Shown here: positions 51,262 through 60,000 of the stretch, piece by piece
Numbering within the stretch: position 1 is the first letter of the stretch
How the letters are laid out: every line of letters starts with the position of its first letter
From: Mobula hypostoma
Lineage: Eukaryota
NCBI RefSeq assembly: GCF_963921235.1
Contig: NC_086097.1
Span: 106,890,001 to 106,950,000 of the forward strand
Direction of reading: 5' to 3'
Length of the DNA stretch: 60,000 nt
Translations under genes and position numbers: made by a program
The notes under the pieces: model-generated
What the model was told of the DNA's origin: nothing
Seen by the model: the letters and a program-made list of their open reading frames with translations, nothing else
Databases searched by the model: none

Positions 51262-51745
51262 AATTGCATAGTGGTTAGCATAATCGTTTTATAGCCCCAG
51301 CAACTGGAAGACCGGTGTTTGATCCCTGCACCACACATCAAAGTTGTTGGTGAACGCAGCAGGCCAGGCAGCATCTCTAGGAAGAGGTACCGTCGACGTT
51401 TCAGGCCGAGACCCTTTGCCAGTCCTGGTACGTTCACCAGCAACTTTGATGGGTGTTGCTTGAATTTCCAGGATCTGCAGATTTCCTCATGTTTGCGTGT
51501 TTGATCCCTGCCACTGTTTGTGACCACATGGGTTTCTTCTACTCCAGTTTCCTCCCGCATTCGAAAGACACATGATTAGGGTCAGTGAGTTGTAACACAT
51601 CTATGTTGGCTCTGGAACTGTGGTGACATTTCCAGGCTGCCCTGAGCACAAAGCTCAGACTGTGTTGGTCGTTGATGCAGAACCACGCATTTTACTCCAT
51701 GTTTAGATATTTCAATGTACATGTGACAAATAAAGCTAATCTAAT
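51262..51745 (+). mobile_element. tRNA-derived SINE (family of 1760-2055)
   Basis: CATAGTGGTTAGCA head, TTTCCTCCCGCATTCGAAAGAC core, TGTGACAAATAAAGCTAATCT end. Confidence 0.6.
51330..51496. mobile_element. Short PLE foldback insertion
   Basis: Inverted then direct PLE tail. GTGTTTGATCCCTGC duplicated at 51315-51329 and 51497-51511. Confidence 0.85.
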
Positions 51746-52589
51746 TTATCAATGGTTCTTTGTAACCTACCACAAGCTTCTATATTATCCACAACACCAC
51801 CAACCGTCAGGTCATCTGCAACCTACCAACTGAGTCTTCCACTTCCTCATCCAAATCATTTATAAAAATCCCAAAGAGCAGTAGTTCCAGTTCAGATCCT
51901 TGTGGAACATCACTGATCACCAACTTTCAGGCAGAATATGCTTTATTTCTTACTACCCTCCACTTTCTGTGGGCAAGCCAATTCAAAATCCACACAGCCA
52001 CATTTCCTGGATCCTTGACTTTCTGAATAATCTACCATGGGGAACTTGTCAAATGCCTAACTAAAATCCATATACACCACATCCACTACTCTAACTTCAT
52101 CAAATTTATAGTCATTTCCTCGAAGAATTCAATTAGGCTCTTGAAGTCTCTTATAGTCATTTCCTCGAAGAATTCAATTACCCCTCTGAAAGCCATCCTA
52201 ATGATTCCCAATTAAGACTATACTTCTCAGAATGATTGTAAATCCTGTGTCTATGAATCTTCTCTAATAGTTTGTCCACCAATTATGTAAAACTCACTAG
52301 TCTATAATTCCCAGGGTTACCCCTACTCCCTTTTTTGAACAAAGGAAAAATATTTTCTATCTTCTAATCATCTGGTACTACTCCTATCACCAGTGAGGAA
52401 GCAAAGATCACTATCAGAGATGAAACAATCTCATCTCTCATTTCCTGTAGTAACCTGGATAAATCCCATCCGGCCCTGGTTCCAGCAAATCGTCTTCCTT
52501 AACATCAACATGTTCAAGCATTCAGCCTGTTTTACACTGCTCTCACATTTGTCAAGGTCCCTCTCACAGGTGAATACTATGGTTGGGTA

Positions 52590-53165
52590 ATCTGCTCTCC
52601 AATCTTAGCAATTTACTTGCAAACATTTCATCATCATATGAGGAGACATCAGTGCGCTTGTGATTGTGGTGTGTCCTCAAATATTACGTCAGCCAAACCA
52701 GGAGAAAACTGTCCACAAGGATCCATGAACATCAACTGGCTGTAAAGCGGCATGACCAACTCTCCCTAGTCTCTACCCTTGAACATTGAGAGAGACACAA
52801 ATTCAACTGGGCATCAAAATCATGCAAACATGCAGCATGCAAGAGAATTCCTCGAAGCATGGTTTTCCATGAACAATTCTGTAAACAAATATATAGACCT
52901 CGATCTTATTTACGAGCCGATGCGGGCAAAATTCCACACCACAACGCTGAGGTTCATAACGCAACCAATGAGCGACAAGATTTCCTTCCCACATCACAAT
53001 TAAGTTTACAAAATGGCAACCAATAAGCTGATTGATAAGTATGTGAGGGCCAAGCATTCATGGGATGCACAACAATCAACAGTGCACAGATACCATCTCT
53101 TCGTATGGTGACAAAATGTTTGCAAGTAAACTGGGAAGATCAGAGAACAACTCTACCCAACCAAA
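52590..53165 (+). mobile_element. Second PLE family (Poseidon-like) remnant with inverted arm
   Basis: YYVSQTRRKLSTRIHEHQLAVKRHDQLSLVS and HAREFLEAWFS (GIY-YIG). About 52590-52656 is roughly the reverse complement of 53083-53150. Confidence 0.7.
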
Positions 53166-53288
53166 GAGATCTGTCACACTACCTGGTTCATTGCCTAACA
53201 CCTTTGTGTCCTGTCTACATACTGTGTTAGGAATCTTTCATGGACATACCTAATAAACTCTACCTCATCTAAATGTTTTGCACTAAGG

Positions 53289-53775
53289 ATAGACAATAAA
53301 CAATAGACAATAGGTGCAGAAGTAGACCATTCGGCCCTTCGAGCCTGCACCGCCATTCTGAGATCATGGCTGATCACCTACTACCAATACCCGGTTCCTG
53401 CCTTGTCCCCATAACCCTTGATTCCCTTATCCATAAGATACCTATCTAGCTCCTTCTTGAAAGCATCCAGAGAATTGGCCTCCACTGCCTTCTGAGGCAG
53501 CGCGTTCCACACCGCCACAACTCTCTGGGAGAAGAAGTTCCTCCTCAACTCTGTCCTAAATGACCTACCCCTTATTCTTAAACCATGCCCTCTGGTACTG
53601 GACTCTCCCAGCATCTGGAACATATTTCCTGCCTCTATCTTGTCTAATCCTTTAATAATCTTATACATCTCAATCAGATCCCCCCTCAATCTCCTTAATT
53701 CCAGCGTGTACAAGCCCAGTCTCTCTAACCTCTCTGCTTAAGACAGTCCGGACATCCCAGGAATTAACCTAGTGA
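53289..53775 (-). mobile_element. CR1 3' fragment
   Basis: ORF 53381-53713 (RRLRGDLIE, NFFSQRVV) and an (ATAGACA)n tail. Confidence 0.9.
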
Positions 53776-53849
53776 TGTACCAATCAATAGATAGAAATTG
53801 AAGTCACCATGACAACAGCCCTGTTATTTTTGCACCTTGCTCAGATATG

Positions 53850-56470
53850 CCTCCTGATCTGCTCCTCGGCATTTCTTTCGTTATTGGTCGTCCTTGCCGT
53901 CCTTCCTTTTTGTAGCTATGATACTATCCCTGATTAACAATGCCACTGCCCTACCTCTTCTACCTCCCTCCTGAAACCCAAGAACATCCAGCAGTGATTC
54001 CTGTCCTTGTGACACACATAATGGCCACATCGTAGTTCCATGCACTACTCCATGTTCTAAGACCATCACTTTCATTCTTGATAAAATAGACATTTACATT
54101 AAAAAACACATTTCAACCCATTCAACTGACTGCAATTTTGTCCGATCCACTACCTATCCTGCCTCAGTCTCTACATGCAGTATCTACCTTTATATCACTG
54201 CCCCATCCTCTGACCTATCAGTTTGATTTCCAACCCCCTGCCAAACTAGCTTAAACCCTCCCTGACAACTCTAGCAACTCTGTAATGATGTTTGTCCCAC
54301 TCAAGTTTTAATGCAACTCGTCCATTTTGTACAGCTCATACCTTCACCAGAAGAGATCAAAATGATTCACAAACCTGAAATCCTGCTTCTATGTCAATAC
54401 TTTAGTCACCCATTCAACAGCCAAATCATCCTATTCTTACTTTCCGGTGAAATCATTGGATTTGTGAAAGGAAAATCATGACTGACGAATCTCACAGAAT
54501 TTTTTGAGGATGTAACTAGTAGAGTGGATAGGGGAGAATCAGTGGATTTGGTATATTTGGATTTTCAAAAGGCTTTTGACAAGGTCCCACACAGGAGATT
54601 AGTGTGCAAATTTAAAGCACACGGTATTGGGGGTAAGGTATTGAAGTGGATAGAGAACTGGTTGGCAGACAGGAAGCAAAGAGTGGGAATAAATAGGACC
54701 TTTTCAGAATGGCAGGCAGTGACTATTGGGGTACCGCAAGGCTCAGTGCTGGGACCCCAGTTGTTTACAATATATATTAATGACTTAGACAAGGGAATTA
54801 AATGCAGCATCTCCAAGTTTGCGGATGACACGAAGCTGGGCGGCAGTGTTAGCTGTGAGGATGATGCTAAGAGGATGCAGGTTGACTTGGATAGGTTAGA
54901 TGAGTGGGCAAATTCATGGCAAATGCAATTTAATGTGTATAAATGCGAGGTTATCCACTTTGGTGGCAAAAACAGGAAAAGATTATTATCTGAATGATGA
55001 CTGATTAGGAAAAGGGGAGGTGCAAGGAGACCATTGTACACCAGTCATTGAAAGTGGGCATGCAGGTACAGCAGGCGGTGAAAAAGGTGAATGGTATGCT
55101 GGCATTCATAGCAAGAGGATTCGAGTACAGGAGCAGGGAGGTACTATTGCAGTTGTACAAGGCCTTGGTGAGACCACACCTGGAGAATTGTGTGCAGTTT
55201 TGGTCCCCTAATCTGAGGAAAGACATTCTTGCCATAGAGGGAGTACAAAGAAGGTTCACCAGATTGATTTCTGGGATGGCAGGACTTTCATATGATGAAA
55301 GACTGGATCGATTGGGCTTATACTCGCTGGAATTTAGAAGATTGAGGGAGGATCTTACTAAAACGTATAAAATTCTAAAGGGATTGGACAGGCTAGATGT
55401 AGGAAGATTGTTCCCGATGTTAGAGAAGTCCAGAACGAGGGGTCACAGTTTAAGGATAAAGGGGAAGCCTTTTAGGACCGAGACGAGGAAAAACTTCTTC
55501 ACACAGAGAGTGGTGAATCTGTGGAATTCTCTGCCACAGGAAACAGTTGAGCCCAGTTCATTGACTATGTTTAAGAGGGAGTTAGATAAGGCCCTTCTGG
55601 CTAAAGAGATCAGGGGTATGGAGAGAAGGCAGATACAGGGTTCTAAGTTGGATATCAGCCATGATCATACTGAATGGCCATGCAGGCTCGAAGGGCCGAA
55701 TGGCCTACTCCTGCACCTATTTTCTATGTTTCTATGTTTACGCTCACTGGTTCATGGCACAGGCGGTAGTCCAGATATTACTACCCTTGAGGTCCTGCTT
55801 TTCTACTTCCTACCTAATACCCCATATTTTCTCTTCAGGACCTTTTTTTCTCTTCCTATCTATGTCTGGCCACTAAGTCTCCCCCTTAAGTATGCCGGGG
55901 TCCTAACCTGAGATGTTCCTGACCCTGGTACCTGGGAGGCAACGTGCCATCTGGGAATCACTTTCAGATCGACAAAATCTCCTGTCTGTTTCCCTAACAA
56001 TTGAATCTCCTATCACCACTTTTCTCCTCCTCTCCCACGCGACTTCCCTTTTGAGCCCTAAAGCCAGACAGTGCCAGAGACCTGGCTACTGCAGCTTTCC
56101 CCTGGTGGTTCATCCCACACCCCCCACCACCACCTCTGCAGCATCCAAAGTGGTATACTTGTTATTGAAGGGAACAGCCACAGAGGTACAGTGTGGGAAA
56201 TCCGTGGGAAAGGAAATCTGCCTATTACATTTCCCTCTCCGGACAGTCACCAAGCTCTCTGCTTTCTACAACTTAGCTGTGTTTCCTCCCTGTAGGTCCT
56301 ATCCATCATCTCCCCATCCTCCTAACTGAGCTCTCAGTTATCCAGCTCCAGTACTAGCTCCCTAGCATGGTCTGTAAGGAGCTGCCCCCGATGCATGTCT
56401 CACAGATGTGGCAATCAGGGAGAATGGTGGTCTCCCAGATCTCCCACATCTTGCATGAGGAGCACATCAC
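53850..56470 (-). mobile_element. Old CR1 5' part (ORF1 and start of APE), split by a younger CR1
   Basis: Minus-strand KVVIGDSIVRETDRRFC near 55970-56020, and GRAVALLIRDSI in ORF 53881-54093. Confidence 0.7.
54445..55738 (+). mobile_element. 5'-truncated CR1 LINE (same subfamily as 25261-26930)
   Basis: ORFs 54524-54997 and 55048 onward with DFQKAFDKVPH and KFADDTKLGG. (TTTCTATG)n tail. Confidence 0.93.
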
Positions 56471-57320
56471 TGATGTGCAATCCATTTTCACTACTCTTGC
56501 TAGGCACTAAAAAAGAAATAAAGAGAAAGGTGACAAATAGCTCAACATAGCCTCAGCATCTCCTCACCAAAGCCACTTGAGACAATGCCTCATTTCCCCA
56601 CTCTAACTCTGTCTCACTCTGCTTAAATCTAACTTCTTTTTATTGGTCCTAGCCAATTGCAAATTAACCCAAATGTTCTCAAGCTCTGCAGTACATGCTC
56701 TCTTTCATTGAAATGCTGTTTAGCTGCATTATCAACAGCGATTGATGGGTGAAGAGCCAAGGGAGGTAAGCACTGTTGACATCACCAAACAACCAACCCA
56801 ATATGCAACACATAGCAGACACCACAAATGCAAGCAGGGTTTGCCAGCCTTTGCAATTCATTTAATGTTCCAAGTTCACACAGTACCTTATGTTCATACA
56901 GTGAAACTGAAACACTATGTTTACGTACCTTGTGCATTCTTGCAAGAGTAGAGCACATACTTTTAATTAAACTAAGGGAGGTTTGTATTATTGGTAGCTA
57001 AGCATTTATTGCTGATCTCTAATACCCTGGAGAAAGTGATAGTGCATGCACTGCCACTACAATCCTCATAATGAATATTCTCCCACAGCAATACTAACTA
57101 GGGAGTTCCAGGATTTAGATCCAGTGATCATAAATTAACATTTTCATTACAACACAGAAGGTGATCACTTGGTCCATCAAATGAACTTTCTAGCAAAGGA
57201 ATCCTAATAGCATTATGTTCCTCTACTTATTTCCTCATACCTACACAATTCATTCTCTCTTATGTCCCCATCAATTCCTCTTGAATTCTGCAATACCCTG
57301 GTCAAGATTTATACTGCCAG

Positions 57321-58076
57321 TGTGTAAGTATTTCACTTCAGCAGTTTTCTGCAAAAGTAGTGCATCCTACTGGTAGGTTTTGGCTAGAGATAAGACACCA
57401 TGCTGTTCAACTTAGGAATGTGGTGCCAGCCAATCAACGACGGTTGGATTGGGAGAAAGTTCTAGAGAGAGCGGGGTGGAGAGAGATTGGTTCACGGATC
57501 TTTTTGGCAGGAGCTACGGAGTGTTCAGGAGGGAAGATGCCTTCGAATGCCGTGGGAAGGAGCGTCCCTGTTGCACAAAGTGCTTGATACAGATGAATAG
57601 CTCCAAGGAGGAAGGGCCAACACTCCCAAGAGAGAGCCCGTTTGTTCAAGAGTGAAGTCCATGTGTGCTTTCACGCAGACCAGCGCATGACTGAAGACCA
57701 CTCCAGGATGAGCTCCAACTTTATGTGCACATTGGACTGGTTTAACTGTAATTTTTTTTTCTTTTCTCTTTCCTACTAATTGTTCAATAAAGCTGAAATC
57801 TGTAAATATACTTTCTTTATAATATTATGCAGTGTATGATCTGTTACTTCTTGCTGACTGGCAATTGTGTTTGGGCAGTATTTACACAACATTCGTTGCA
57901 ATCGAGGTTTCTTTAATCGGAACATCACGACATTCCTGATTGGTTGAACCCCAAATCATTCTGACCTTAGACCTATATTGTTTGTGAAAGGTGGCCTCTC
58001 ACCACTGAATCACGTGGCTGTTAGCAGAGTCAGCTAACAAGTTAACTTTGCTCACGAGCCCAGTGAGGAGGCTACA
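57321..58076 (+). repeat. Probable solo LTR
   Basis: TGT...ACA ends, AATAAA near 57786 followed by GT-rich U5-like sequence. No convincing TSD. Confidence 0.45.
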
Positions 58077-58818
58077 GTTCTTTTTGCCACATTTTAATTA
58101 AGGGGTAATTTACAGTAGCCAATTAGTCTACCAGCAAGTCAATGGAAGGTAAGAGGAAACTGGAGTGCCCAGTACATACAGGGAGAAGGTACGAACTCTG
58201 AAAAGGCAGTTCCTGATGTTAAGATCAAACCTGTCTTCCTGGAGCAATAAGATTTATGTCAGGAAACTGTGTAACTCAGAGGAGATGGAAATGATGATGT
58301 TTCTTAACAATGTAGCTTGTGTCCTTTCTGCTGTTATATATTATGTACCTGGGAAATTGTGTCAGAACACTCCATTTTTGACCTTACGATGAAAAAAAGT
58401 AAATGATGAAGTAGCTGAAGATAGCTGACTCCAGGACAGCCTCAAGGACCCTCTGAAGCAAATGTCCTGGAGCCGAAATAACTGACTTCAACCACCAGGG
58501 TAATAATGACAGAGCATATTAAGATAGAATACACGAAGGAGTGATGTGCTGAAGATGGTGAAAGGGATGTCATGCAAGCCAGTTGCTTTATCCTTAATGC
58601 TGTTGAGCTTCTTGTTTTATTGTTAATTGCCCCTTTAAATATTTTAGTTGTGTGTCTGGAGAGCAATGAAGAGTTTGAATACTTTAATGATCATGGAGTT
58701 TCCTAACTGGACAAAAGTGATATAATTTCAGCAAAACAGATTTTTTTTAAATGTTGGACGAGGATCAACTTCATTTATGCTTGCTTGTGTTTTTTTACTT
58801 GCCGCATAGGGAGCACGA

Positions 58819-59085
58819 TGTGGCCTTCTATATATTGGCGAGACCCAACGCAGACTGGGAGACCGTTTTGCTGAACACCTACGCTCTGTCCGCCAGAGAA
58901 AGCAGGATCTCCCAGTGGCCACTCATTTTAATTCCACATCCCATTCCCATTCTGATATTTCTATCCACAGCCTCTTCTACTGTAAAGATGAAGCTACACT
59001 CAGGTTGGAGGAACAACACCTTATATTCCATCTGGGTAGCCTCCGACCCGATGGCATGAACATTGACTTCTCTAACTTCCGCTAA
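58819..59085 (+). pseudogene. GIY-YIG endonuclease C-terminal part (open frame, no start codon)
   Basis: CGLLYIGETQRRLGDRFAEHLRSVRQRKQDLPVATHFN...RLEEQHLIFHLGSLRPDGMNIDFSNFR*. Not listed in the ORF track. Confidence 0.88.
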
Positions 59086-59369
59086 TGCCCCACCTCCCCC
59101 TCGTACCCCATCCATTATTTATTTTTATTACACATTATTTCTCTCATTCTCCTTTTTCTCCCTCTGTCCCTCTGACTATACCCCTTGCCCATCCTCTGCG
59201 TTCCCCCCCTTTTTCCTTCTCCCTGGGCCCCCTGTCCCATGATCCTCTCATATCCCCTTTGCCAATCACCTGTCCAGCTCTTGGCTCCATCCCTCCCCCT
59301 CCTGTCTTCTCCTATCATTTTGGATCTCCCCCTCCCACTTTCAAATCTCTTACTAACTCTTCCTTCAGT

Positions 59370-59407
59370 TAGTCCTGATGAAGGGTCTCGGCCCGAAACG
59401 TCGACTG
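59370..59407 (+). ncRNA. Minimal type I hammerhead ribozyme
   Basis: Stem I UAGUC/GACUG, core CUGAUGA, stem II GGGU/GCCC with loop CUCG, GAAA, palindromic ACGU stem III. Predicted cleavage after C59402. Confidence 0.8.
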
Positions 59408-60000
59408 TACCTCTTCCTAGAGATGCTACCTGGCCTGCTGCATTCACCAGCAATTTTGATGTGTGTTGCTTGAATTTCCAGCATCTGCAGAATTACTCTT
59501 GTTTGCGTTTTTAAATTCATTACTTTCTTTTCATACAAGGAATATGAGTGTGACAGTCATTTAATGCCTACCATCATTCTCTTAGAGATGATGGCTGTGA
59601 GCAGCTATTTGAACAAATTTCAGTTCTTATGATAAAGATTTTCTACTGGTTTTGGGTAGAGAGGACCAAGATCTTGATGCAATGATAGCAGACTTGTCAT
59701 ATTTCCAAATGTGCACTCTGTGAGTCTGAAGTGCAATTTGTAGGAAATGATCTTTTATTCTGCTTCCTTCCTTCCTTCCACTGTCATCTTTGGATTTAAT
59801 AGCATGGTTGAAGAAGCTTAATGCCATTGAGCATTTTGTGGATGCTTCACACTGCTGAAATGATGCACCAGTGGCAGATGGAGTATATGCTTCCAATGGT
59901 TGATGGGTGCCAGTTAACCAGTTTTCCTTGTTTTTGATGGTGTGGCGCTCCTCGTGTCTTGTTAGAGCTGTACTGAAGGATTTACTGGCTGGAAATTGAG

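Larger units (their letters stand above)
50445..52500 (-). mobile_element. Old degraded CR1 RT, interrupted by a SINE and a PLE
   Basis: FFAQQVVGTWNAL, CKVMHF and VVYMDFS*AFDKFP-like segments on the minus strand. Confidence 0.75.
58815..59510 (+). mobile_element. PLE 3' fragment, best-preserved copy
   Basis: GIY-YIG tail, pyrimidine-rich UTR, intact hammerhead and family 3' end. Confidence 0.9.

Noticed and set aside
52106..52180. 30-bp direct repeat separated by 15 bp
   Set aside because: Only two copies inside a decayed CR1, most likely a local duplication or repair scar.
58400..58500. Possible exon
   Set aside because: The reverse complement resembles a decayed LINE RT segment around the GVPQGSVLG motif.
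2899..59510. Dispersed repeat CTGACGAAGGGTCTCGGCC as a CRISPR or prokaryotic repeat
   Set aside because: Not arrayed with spacers, occurs in both orientations, and is linked to GIY-YIG tails in a eukaryotic context.
1..60000. Host protein-coding gene or exons
   Set aside because: All long ORFs are retroelement-derived and the short ORFs in unique DNA show no recognisable domain. Small exons cannot be excluded without RNA data.

Overview
Eukaryotic DNA made almost entirely of nested retroelements; no host protein-coding exon, rRNA/tRNA gene or CRISPR array could be recognised. The repeat families suggest a cartilaginous fish such as a ray or shark (inference). Main contents: (1) a Gmr1-type Gypsy LTR element with a SCAN-like gag (7635-12400); (2) an abutting class I (gamma/epsilon-like) endogenous retrovirus with gag, RNase H, integrase and env but no protease or RT, its env split by a CR1 LINE (12535-19444); (3) an older rearranged Gypsy element (24211-32775); (4) many CR1 LINEs, one near full length (43263-47468); (5) RTE/RTEX, Rex-Babar and Hero LINE remnants, SINEs and a MITE; (6) about ten pieces of a Penelope-like element (PLE) family carrying a GIY-YIG nuclease tail and a minimal, dimer-type hammerhead ribozyme (CUGAnGA...GAAACGUC). 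The hammerhead-bearing PLE family is the most notable system here, with inverted-arm insertions and target deletions. All calls were made by eye and boundaries of old elements are approximate.
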